From the NCBI GenBank assembly GCA_047495785.1, contig JBLDXI010000019.1, positions 2,356,001-2,420,000 on the forward strand: a DNA stretch of 64,000 nt, in the 5' to 3' direction. The translations under genes were made by a program, and so were the position numbers. Shown piece by piece: positions 11,576 to 21,997 of the stretch. The notes under the pieces were generated by a model that saw only the letters and a program-made list of their open reading frames with translations, was not told the origin of the DNA and made no database searches. This DNA comes from Lepidodermella squamata (lineage: Eukaryota > Animalia > Gastrotricha). How positions within the stretch are numbered: position 1 is the first letter of the stretch; each line of letters begins with the position of its first letter.

Positions 11576-14500
11576 ACACACATCTTCTCAACCGCTCGCC
11601 CTTTTCCGTTTCCTGGGCTTTCATCTTACAGGCTTCGAGGCCGGCTTTTTAAATCGCTGGCTAATTTGCACAGCGCGCGGTCGGCCGGTCGTACTTCTCA
11701 ACTTGCCAGGAAGCCCTTTGATTTAGCAAAACACCAGCCGCGCGCTTCGATTTTCGTTCAATAATTGGCCCATGACGAATCCTTGTGTGTATCGTAACAC
11801 AATAAAAGACACCCTTTCGCGGCGCGCCCGCGACGGGAAGCCGCTAGCGGGTGCGAACTTTGTAGTCACCCTAAATGTTTGTTTTACTAATAGCTCACTT
11901 AATTGCCTCTATAAAATGTGTAACAATTAATTGAAATTAAAATGCGCGGTGTCTTTGAGCAATATATATCGCAGGGTGACCAATAAAAATATAGCCGCGC
12001 TTGACCCGCGCGACATGTGACGTGACATGTGAGGGTGTAACGACGACCAAGAAGTGTTTGCTACGCACTTGAGCGGCGTTGCAAGTAAAAATAACACTTG
12101 CGAAGAGCGCTTCGAGCGCTTTTGTCTCGTGGTGTCGTTGGCCACTTTATGCGCCTTCAGGCTCTTCTATAATTGCTACAACTCAAAACTGGAAAACATA
12201 ACACGACCGCGAGCAAGAACTTGAGGTATTGGGAATTTTGTTTCATAAATTTTCAATTCAACTCAGCGATACGGGTGAAAAAACAAAATAACGTAATCGG
12301 AAAATTTTCCGTTTTGAACAGATAATAAGATCGATAAACTCGTGCGGAGTAAACAAACAAATAATCAATAATGCCGAGGCTAGTATTACAAGCCAGTTCG
12401 AGCGGCGGCTAGCGCATACGCGCTCTTTTGCTATCGATTTCCAATAAAGACGCTCACTCCTTAATGTGCGCTCGCATGCACATACATGCAAAAAGAGTTC
12501 GCGAGAAATGCCCATTTTTATCTACCCTGTTTTAAAAATAGCTATTCACAAACCGCAATAACACGCTGCCGTAGTTCAGAACAACGAATCGTCATTTAAA
12601 TTCTGCAATTTTTTCAGTCTTTTTGTTAATATTTTAAATCTACCGTCGTGAAGGGGCAGGAAAAGTCAAGTCGCCGTTTTTAGAGATTTAGTCACCTGAA
12701 TTTTAAGGGGTGGACGATTTTCACGTCATATTTTACGAAAATTTCGTTGCCTTTTGAATTTTCTGAGTTGTTCTCAACTTGCGACTTTTTAAAAGGAACG
12801 AGAAAACCTCGATTTTCTTCAATTAATTTTGCTAATAATTCGATAAAATTAAGGTGGAGCCCAACGCTAGTTAATATCGCAAGAGATTCTCGGTGTTAAG
12901 TAAGGAATAAGTTTGAATTACAATCGCAGAAATTAGGGAGGGTCAATTAATTTTTTATTCCAAGATGAGAAAAAATTCGAATTATCAGAACTAATAAAAT
13001 CTGTCATTAATTCTGAAAATTTCTAATTATTTGTCTTCTCAATCTTAAAGTAAAAAATTACCAGTAAAAAACCTCGTAAAAATAATTCACGAACGCCCGT
13101 AATTCAACGTGAGCTATAACTTCGAACTAACCTGTGCTAGGCGACCCGTTAGCTAACGATCAGGTCTCCCGTCGCTTCTGTTGTATTGACCAACTTCCTC
13201 ATTCTTCACGTTGTCTTCTTCTCCGTCTTGTTGCAATCGCGATTTTGGAACGGCTTATGCGATTATTCGATGCACTTGTCCGCTGCAGTAGTTGCTGCTA
13301 TCTCGTAGTTTCCATCACAAACGCGGAATGGCCCGACAGCTACGGCTCGGTAAATAATTCATAATCTGTTAACGAAAAACAAGAGTGCTTATACGAAAAT
13401 AACACGGTAAAGCGTAATGCTTACCAAGTTCCAAGATAATAAGCGACGGCAGACGGCTTACGGTTCAAGCCCTTCGAACCTCAAAAATCGACAGCCAAAA
13501 CCGAAAACTGTAATTAGGAGCGGCGGAAGGAAGCACCAAATATCATCCGCTTGCCTGAGCGACCGTCGTAGATTCAAGGCCATTTGAATAAAGCCATCTG
13601 AAATTAAAATCGCCGAAAATTCACCAAGATTCTAGCTGGAATAACACTGGTTTTATTAAATTCAAATTTCCAACAGGGGCAAAATTACCTTCAACTGACG
13701 TTGCGAGAACATCATCGTTTAATATCTAAGAGGAAATTACAGGAACATTTCAACAACTAGGACAAGTTTGAAATTAGTGATAAGTGATCAGAATAATCAA
13801 ATTCTTAAGCTTTCTAGTTAGCGAACGCTGTGTTATTTATGTCGACGACGAGCGTAATAAGTATTAATGAACGACGTGGCCTGCCAGTGCGCGCGCGTGC
13901 CTTATTTTTATTACCCCTAATGAAGCGGGCCGCCGACCTAAAAAGCCGTGCAGGCCGTGGCACATTTTGAATCTCACCAGACGTGGCAGTTGTCTAGGCT
14001 AGCCAAAGCCAGCTACATTCACAGCGAAATTATGCGAGAATTATGGAAAATTGTAAATGAAAATCTCCGAATGGAGCCTGCGAATGTCTTGGCGGCTGAC
14101 TAAAAAACATTTGATGCTGCTTATAAAACCTGACATTACGAGAAACACGAGGAAAAATTGTGAAAATTAAGGTGGATTTTTTCCTGCGAGTGCAGTTGCG
14201 TTGAGGTAGAAATCAATTTATTCGTCGAGACAAGCGAATCAGCCTTTTCTGTTAGATTTAGTTAGGCTCGTGGCTGACGAATAATCCACTCAGTTGAATC
14301 ACGAAGCAGGTATGGTATTAAAGAAGGCGAATTTCCGAAAAATTCAAAACCCATGCAATTGCAATTTCTCGACTATAGCGGCAAGTTGACCATAATTTAT
14401 CTCAGTGTTTTAGGATGAAATAATGTTGACTATTAGGTTAATAAAAAAATTTCCGGAAATGATTGATGGCGAAACAAGCACGTGCCGCTTTTTTTTAAAT

Positions 14501-14843
14501 TTTTTTCATGGCCACCACGCCGATCATGCGTGTCATCGAAGTCACGCCGATCACGCCATAAAAAGGCGAAAAATAAGCATTTATAATTCAAACCAGAAAT
14601 ATCACTCTATATGTGCTTTTAATATTCTACTAGCCTCAAAAGTTTTCAACAACGATGTCGCGTTTTTTCTTATATTCGCAGCAATTTATCTATATATTTT
14701 CGTTGTTAATTTTTTCTCTTTCATGTGCAATTTTGTGATTTTATTACATATCTGCAAAATCCATTTTCCAGTGGCGATTGCTAGTTATCCCTCAAACCTA
14801 ATTTATTTACCTAATTTTCTGCAATTTTTTTAGAATTGAAAAA

Positions 14844-15416
14844 ATGAATACCGATGAGCGCCTGGAGCGACTAACAGCCGAGATGCGGGAGATGCGGGCC
14901 GGGTTCGAGAAAATGTCGGCCGGGTTCGAGAAAATGTCGGCCGGGTTCGAGAAAATGTCGGCGGCAATTGGAGGGCTGGCGGAGGAGAGGCGGGCCAGCG
15001 ATCGCTCGACCGCAAAATTAATCGTAAGATGACAAATTTCATACAAGAAAACTGATTTTTTTACACAAAGATCCGACTCCTCAGTTCGAATTTGATACAG
15101 ATAATAAAAGGCTCGGAGGTTCTTAATAGCTACTAAGTTTGTCAATCATCACCCTTGTGTTGTGTTGTGTTGTTTGTATTGTTTGTTGTCCATCGCTTGC
15201 TTTTTTGTTATGTAAATATTTTCTTAATATTTAAATGACTCTAACAACATGTTTTTGCTTTTACGGCAGAGTGCTAAGCAACGCTCGTCAGCGGAACCTG
15301 CGCTGGACCTGAAAGAGTTTGGCCCGGCTCGCCAAACCAGCCAACTCGATTTCAGCAGCAGCTACCCGAGTCGCAGCTATCGTAGCCACAGCCAGCAGCC
15401 GCCGACTAAAAAATAG
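14844..15416 (+). CDS. Small two-exon orphan protein (~108 aa) with heptad repeats (AGFEKMS)x3; exons 14844-15023 and 15270-15416
   Basis: GC-rich ORF in an AT-rich background. Donor ATC|GTAAG and acceptor GGCAG|AGT, phase 0. Exon 2 stays open for 48 codons (SAKQRSSAEPALDLKEF...PPTKK*). Confidence 0.55.
14898..14962 (+). repeat. 21-bp tandem repeat GCCGGGTTCGAGAAAATGTCG x3
   Basis: Three exact copies are visible; each encodes AGFEKMS. Confidence 0.95.
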
Positions 15417-15464
15417 TTATATAAAATCGCGTGCCACTATTTTTTCTTGATTTATCATTACCAA

Positions 15465-15562
15465 TTGCTCTTTCGTCGTTCTGCTCTTATCTCGTTGCTC
15501 TCATATCGTTTTGCTCTTTATCACTGCTCATATAATTGCTCTTATTTCGCTTGCTCTTTTTG
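15465..15562 (+). repeat. Degenerate short-period tandem repeat with a TGCTC(T) core, ~7 copies
   Basis: ttgctcttt / ctgctctta / ttgctctca / ttgctcttt / ctgctcata / ttgctctta / ttgctcttt. Confidence 0.6.
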
Positions 15563-16279
15563 CACACAACCTTCTTGTTATGGGCGAAACTGTTTTTTCA
15601 TGTATTTAAAAATGAGGGCCATCGAAAAATGCGAAACATCCGGCCAAAAAATGTGAAACAAAGAGCAAAAGAGAAAAATAGCAACGAAAATGCAACCTAA
15701 ACAAAACTCCTCAACATTTTTAGTTTGGAATTCCTCCCACAAAATAACTTGAAAGGAATCTATAACTTGAAAGCACTATAAAACTCTATTAAACGAGAAA
15801 TGTATCGAAACCTCAAAAAATTGTTAAAATTCAGTAAAAAATCGTTGAAGGTCAAACTTGGGTTCAAAAGAAAGCTCACGACTAGCCGCGTTCAGATCCA
15901 TCGACGATTGTTTCAATGTCACTTTCATTCTTGTCGATTTCCAATTATGCATAAAAATAGCCCATTTCGACGAATTTTTTCCACCCTTTACAATAAACGG
16001 GTTTCAAAACTCCGCAGGGATCAAAAGAGCTCTAGTCGCCGGTCGCCGGCTTACGAGGTCACACGAGCTCCACACAAAATTAAATGCATCACCAGAAAAA
16101 ATATCACCCTAATTCAGTCATTTTGCACCTTAATTGGCGTGAGTTTTTTCTGGTGATCATAAAAATGAACGTAAATAATTGGCGAGCATTTTTTGCAATA
16201 GCTCATAAAAATATTCACAAGTGGATATTCATAGATAATACGCGTCGATGGAGGCGCAAATTTTTCCCATCAGCAATAG

Positions 16280-16446
16280 TAGCCCATTCAGTAATAATCG
16301 CCCATCCCTTATATAGTAGCCCAGGGTTGAGGGGTCAAGTCGGTTCGAAAAACATCAAGAATTAACGATTCGCCAAAAACTATTTTTTCAAAATTTCCAG
16401 GTTGAAATTTTAGTAGCTCGGGCTGTCATAAGATACAAATACGGTA
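16280..16446. mobile_element. Possible single end of a Tc1/mariner (pogo/Tc2-like) element
   Basis: Ends ...ATAAGATACAAATACGG-TA (reverse complement TA-CCGTATTT) with repeated TAGTAGC(C/T)C subterminal motifs. I found no partner end. Confidence 0.3.
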
Positions 16447-16690
16447 GTAGGAATTAGTATTCCTCACAAGATGCGCCGTGACCACTTTCGGACTTCGGTC
16501 GTCACAAAGATGCAAGTGACGCATTCATTCACATCCTTGCAATCAGTAGGTCAGATCGCTAGACCCACACTTCTGCAATCCTTTGCTTAGTGCAATCATG
16601 CCTGTTCGCAATTTCCGGTCTCGGCTAGCAAAACTCAAGCTTGGAGCAACCCAAGCTTCCTTCATTGCACGATATACCGACCTTGAAAAA

Positions 16691-17851
16691 ATGATCATCA
16701 AGTCATTGACAGCTCCTTCCAGTCCAGCTAAGAGCACGCTCAAATTCATCATTTCAATGATTCTTGCGCCAATGATCACTTGCGACAAGCAGATGTTCTA
16801 TTTATCAAACGCCCGAAGTTTGGACCTCTTAGCGAGGTGCAATCATTTTTCTGTTGAGGCTACAAACCCAAACTGCAATATTAGCAATACGTTCGACTAT
16901 CTGGACCATTCCTGCTCGAGGACACCAATTAAAACTATATTAGGCATAAAGCGATATCGCGGAATCGACGATGTAACTGAAACGTTTAGCGTATACGCTG
17001 AATTCGTATCCGAGTGGAAAGTGGAATGCAATCAATTAGGCGAGTTACGTGGCACTAGTTTCTATCCGAATGCAAGCCTTTTCTGGCAACCAGAATTCGT
17101 CCACGAAAACTCTGTCGGCGATCCAAACATGGCTGATTTTCGATCGATCTTCAGCGCTCGGATTAACGAACAGCATGTGATATTTAGATGGGAGCTAAAT
17201 GGAATATTTACGTCATTTTGTGACATCGATTTAAGGAATTTCCCGTTTGACAGACAAAGGTGCACGATACTCCTAAGATTGGCAAACGAAGCTGAAGATG
17301 CGGTAACAAAAGAAACTTCGAGCCGATTATGGGGCAAGGAGAAGACAATCAATAACTGGCAATTGAAAGACTATCATTCCTCCACTGTGACGGTTATTGA
17401 CAATCCAAGCCCTATTTTTTATTTCTATTTCAAACGCATCCCAGATTTCTACATTTGGTTTCTCATGATACCTTGTGCTGTTTTGACTTTCCTCCAATTC
17501 CTTACAATCGCCATTCACGCTTCGAAGCCTTTAAGACCTTGTTTTGCGATAACCATTCTACTTGCTATGACAGTTTTGCGAATTGAGATAAGCAACAGGA
17601 CACCAGCAAAGCCTGAAAGGATGTTACTAACGGATTACACACGTTCCTGCGAACTTCTCACGCTGTTCATTACTATGTACGCCTTTTTCACCTGCCATCT
17701 CGCGAAGAAATTCCCTAAATGGTTCAACAAGAATACGATTGTTCTTGGTGGATGGAAGGTCTCGCGCAATAGGCTGTGTGACGCTATTGCTTGTTCGACA
17801 TCACTGGTAGCATTCACCTTAGTAAATGTTCTCCTCTTCCACGATATTTGA
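16691..17851 (+). CDS. Divergent intronless Cys-loop ligand-gated ion channel subunit (LGIC-1)
   Basis: Loop A FWQPEF, Cys-loop CDIDLRNFPFDRQRC, pre-M1 FKRIPDFY, four TM helices and a very short M3-M4 loop. Start placed at the ATG at 16691; 16757 is also possible. Confidence 0.92.
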   Translation: MIIKSLTAPSSPAKSTLKFIISMILAPMITCDKQMFYLSNARSLDLLARCNHFSVEATNPNCNISNTFDYLDHSCSRTPIKTILGIKRYRGIDDVTETFSVYAEFVSEWKVECNQLGELRGTSFYPNASLFWQPEFVHENSVGDPNMADFRSIFSARINEQHVIFRWELNGIFTSFCDIDLRNFPFDRQRCTILLRLANEAEDAVTKETSSRLWGKEKTINNWQLKDYHSSTVTVIDNPSPIFYFYFKRIPDFYIWFLMIPCAVLTFLQFLTIAIHASKPLRPCFAITILLAMTVLRIEISNRTPAKPERMLLTDYTRSCELLTLFITMYAFFTCHLAKKFPKWFNKNTIVLGGWKVSRNRLCDAIACSTSLVAFTLVNVLLFHDI

Positions 17852-17987
17852 CCATACCAATATGAATGCTATGCGCAGGAATATATTGTTGTTATCGTAT
17901 TGCGAATAAAGGAAATTTGATGTCAAGGCAAACACGCCAGGCTTTGTTGAATTTCTTTCGAGATAAAGCCATGATTTGTTCTCGACA

Positions 17988-19112
17988 ATGCTCTCGAGTA
18001 TTATTATATTTAGCTTTTTATTTCAACCTTCGATCTCTTGTTTGACAAACTCTTCACTGCAGAGGGCTCGAAGCCTTCTGTCAAACTGTCCGAACCTTAG
18101 TCCTGAGAACTCGGGACCATCATGTGCCGATGATACTATGAAAGATTGTAAATTAGCTAAAGTCCAAATTACAGGCGCCGTCGGGCTGATTGAAGCCATC
18201 AACGATCGGCAACAAAGTTTCTCTGCTACATTGGATATTATGGTAGATTGGAACGGACATTGCAAGTGGCCTCGCGTTGCAGCGGAGCTAGATCCAAGGC
18301 AAAGCGCTTCGTTTCCGATTCCTAATACCATGTTTTGGCGGCCGAAATTTGTCCACGTCAATCCTTCCACCACTCACATGAGCGACAGCAATCCTTCAAA
18401 AACGAAAGTGGTGATTAAACCTTCCGGTATAATTTTCAGGTGGACCTTCAAGGCAAGACTTACCTCAACTTGCAATCTTGATGTGGCAATGTTCCCTTTT
18501 GATACTCAAGTTTGCTCTATAAGGCTAAAAATTGCCGCGCACCGAAGTTCGTATGCCCTTTACAATGTAGATCCTGCGATAGCATTTGGCGCGTATCAGA
18601 GAGAAGTTGGAAATTGGCGCATCGTCGGCAGATCTGTTTCGGTCAGTAATAAAACAACCTACGAATATGCTTTCACATTTCGAAGAAAGCCAGCGTTTTA
18701 CATTTGGAATATCATCCTACCATTTGTTGTTCTCACATTTCTGGCATTCATCGTCCTAATCTTGGAACCACGTCTCTCGGACCGGCCAGTTTTAGCTGTA
18801 ACCATTCTGCTAGCTCTGATTTTCATGGAAGCGGACTCTCTGAAATATTTGCCAATGAAACCTGGTTTTACAATCATGACTGCATTTATGAAGTGTTATG
18901 AATTTCTCACCTGTATTCTGACATTCTATTGCCTAGTCACATGCGGCCTTGCAAACTCTTATTCAGAATGGTTTGACGCTATTGTCCTCGAGAATTCCCT
19001 TTTCATACTTAAAAAAGGTCGTACCATGGACATTGCTGCCTTTACCATAATTTTATTGGCATATGGTGTCTGTATTGCGTTCTTCGTACTAATGGTCTTA
19101 TCCAATATGTAG
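17988..19112 (+). CDS. Divergent intronless Cys-loop ligand-gated ion channel subunit (LGIC-2)
   Basis: Signal peptide MLSSIIIFSFLFQPSISC, loop A FWRPKF, Cys-loop CNLDVAMFPFDTQVC, pre-M1 FRRKPAFY and four TM helices. Confidence 0.93.
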   Translation: MLSSIIIFSFLFQPSISCLTNSSLQRARSLLSNCPNLSPENSGPSCADDTMKDCKLAKVQITGAVGLIEAINDRQQSFSATLDIMVDWNGHCKWPRVAAELDPRQSASFPIPNTMFWRPKFVHVNPSTTHMSDSNPSKTKVVIKPSGIIFRWTFKARLTSTCNLDVAMFPFDTQVCSIRLKIAAHRSSYALYNVDPAIAFGAYQREVGNWRIVGRSVSVSNKTTYEYAFTFRRKPAFYIWNIILPFVVLTFLAFIVLILEPRLSDRPVLAVTILLALIFMEADSLKYLPMKPGFTIMTAFMKCYEFLTCILTFYCLVTCGLANSYSEWFDAIVLENSLFILKKGRTMDIAAFTIILLAYGVCIAFFVLMVLSNM

Positions 19113-19338
19113 CTAGAAAAGAAAGTAAAGACCGTAATTACATCTTCCGGATGGTTCTTTTTTGAGAAATAAGACGTTTGGATTTTTTATAAAGCGAGAT
19201 CATACGACGGGCGAGATCGAAACGAACATTCATTTTATTAAAAATTTCTTTAAAATAATAAAGTGAAAAGAAATCAATCTACAGCATTAAAGTAACTGAT
19301 GATTTTCTTAATCATTTAGCTGCGTCATTTAGAGAGAT

Positions 19339-21997
19339 CTAAGTCGAAATTTCAACCACCTGAGTTACGTGAGCCATTGGGATAACCCTTGTTACCCTGC
19401 TACCAATTGGGCCGCTATTACGGTGACGGCCACGGAACACTGTGTTCATAGTCTGCAGACTTAATGTTTCTTTCATATCGCTCGACTTGACAAACTTTGT
19501 TCCAACAGCCATTGCAGCGGTCAACGGAGCGATTATCAGCAGGAAAGCTGAGATGGTTATGATCACATACTGCTCATCTTTATACTTTAATATCGCGACA
19601 AAGCAAGCGGCAAGAATGAGGAGAAGGAACTGAGGAATGGACGTGGTCAGCATAGAAAAATGGGCAACATTACTCAGCAATTTTGGCTTCCTTTTAACCA
19701 ACCCTCTTAGCTGGATAGCGTGATTGGCAATGTAAGCTAACATGATGAGTTGGCTGATTCCTGATATCCCCATCAAAATTTGCGACGGCAGATGTTGCGA
19801 TGAGAATAACGCTGACATCGCATTACATTTTTGGCGTTTGAATTGAAATGACAGACTAATGTCATTTGGCGACGATTCCTCACTGCTAACTTCTTCAGAG
19901 CTTGCCAGTGGATGCGATAGGAATAGGGCTACTAGCAGCGTTGTATGAAAAATTGCCCATTCCGCCGCTGTAAGGTAATTAGAATGAGCCCGGTGACCTA
20001 AGCCTTGTCTCAGCTTCGCGAATAGACTGCCAACGATGGCGGATACGCCAATGCAGATCATGAAAGCAATGGCATAGCAATTTGGTTCAAGGTTAGATTG
20101 CAGTTCCACAGGGATAGCGTACACTTGCCCGATCGCTATACCAAGTCCTGTCAAAAGAATTGTTAATAATTCAATGAGAACAACCTTCGTCATTTACCCA
20201 TTAATGTGGCGTAGTCAATTTTGTCAAAATATTGCTTCCCGCTGAGTGGGCTGATTCTTTTTCCATTAATACCAAGTATGACAAGTGCAGCGATCTCAAC
20301 ACTGGCTGCAGCTTTCAGACCAACGCTTGGGCCAAAGTCAAGCAGAGGCAACTTCAATCCGATAACTACGAGGCGGTCTTTTGGCGGCATGCCGTCATTG
20401 CTTTGCCAGTCGATATTTTGCTTCATCAGAATCACAGTTTCATTCATTAGCAAATGACCTATCAATTTCTTTTTAGTAGTTTTGCCGTCTTCAGAATAAT
20501 GCTGCTGGTAAAGAACAGGCACATAGGAGACGGAATAGTCTGAGATTTTTGCATTTGGATCGTATCTGAAAATACCGGATTGGCCGGCCAGAGTAGTGCG
20601 GAAGAAAGCGTCCTTCAAAATGTTGAGGATTTCAGCACCCTTCTGCTGGAAGAATGGTCGATTAGTTGATAAATCAGCAAGGGTCATATTTCTTTTCCTC
20701 AACATTTTTTCAGTCTCATTCAAAGCAAGACCTAGAAACATGTAGCGATCATAGTCGCCGGGTACAAAGACTTCTATTCCATGAAGCTGTCCGGGATTAT
20801 CGATTTTCGACTTGATTTCTGAGAATAATTGAATTTGTTTCAGGCCTGTTTCATCAGCATAATTAGGATCAAGATCTGACATCGTCATATCGCTCGAAAC
20901 TATCATATGATTTCGAACTTCGAAAAGCATCTTCGGAGTGCACCAAGATGCCAGGAACGAAGGAACCTCTGGAAAAAGAATATTCAATCAACTCAACAAT
21001 TGAGGTCTCTTAATCACATAAAATTCTTTGACATTCATTACCTGAAGTGTCGTCGAATGTGTAAAAGGCCATCGCAAGCAAAACGTAACCCTTCCCATAG
21101 AGTCCATATCGGTGCAGGTAACAAGCGAAAGTTGGCATCATCCAAGTGAAGATTTGAATAATTCTTGGACCGTTGGCTTTAAGCTCTTTGAAAACTTCGT
21201 CCATCTCATGTTCGCTGAGGTCCCATATGGTGCTAGAGACCGCACCGTAATACAACAACGAAATGCCGTTTTTCTCGAGATGGTCTACCATAATGTCACT
21301 GAGCTGAACGTTGAAGATGTCGTTATCTCCAATTATAGCGACCCGTTTCCAACCAACCGTTTGAATAAAGCGAGACCACGCCCTCAAGTAGATTTCCGCG
21401 CAGAATCCCATAGGAAAGAAATTGGGATACAACCGTCGCTCAATTATTCCTCGTGGTCCTTCCAGGTCGAAAGAGAAACCGAAGAGATTCTGGGGTCCAA
21501 GGGTCATCGCGACTATTCTCTGGGCGAACATTCCGCAGTCTGGCAAAATGACGATAGGGAGTCGATTGTCCACCTCATCGTTGTCTCGTAGTTTTTGAAC
21601 CTGAAGGATGCCATTCTCATTCGTGCACTGAAATACAATTCGAATCAAAGCTTTTACATGCCGATGGAAAACGTTATCTCACCTCATTGTCAACTAGCTC
21701 GAAGATGATTTCGTAATCTCGAAGCCAATATGGATAGGTCTTGCGGAGTCTATCCAGGGCGAGCTGGGCTGTTAGATAGGTTCCCGGACCGACTGCCCAC
21801 CACGAGCCTGAGTACAGGACTGATGTCACAATTTTGATGACGGTTCTAGCCCTTCCTTCAGTGGTGTTAAGTTGGCTTGAACCGATTTGAGGTGGCATTC
21901 GGGGGTCATTCCACGGGATTTTCGTTAGAGAAGCTGGAACTGCTAGGAATGCGAGTATAAAAAGGCACGCACGCGTTCTCATTTTTCTCTCAAGCAT
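19339..21997 (-). CDS. GABA-B-receptor-like orphan class C GPCR, copy A (~826 aa); exons 21997-21683, 21627-21042, 20968-20198, 20147-19339
   Basis: Signal peptide; Venus-flytrap motifs (DNE|CTNENG, LPDCG, RRLYPNFF, GWKRVAII, GLYGKGYV); stalk WQSNDGMPPKD with no cysteine-rich domain; 7TM with TM3 CYAIAF...GSLFAKL. Three 50-73 nt GT-AG introns keep the frame (2481 nt total). Confidence 0.88.

Noticed and set aside
16583-16690. N-terminal extension of the LGIC-1 ORF from a TTG start
   Set aside because: It lies well upstream of the signal-peptide-like segment, so it is probably 5' UTR.
21112-21591. Plus-strand 159-aa ORF, repeated at 29250-29729
   Set aside because: It is antisense to the class C GPCR exon and repeated only because that gene is duplicated.
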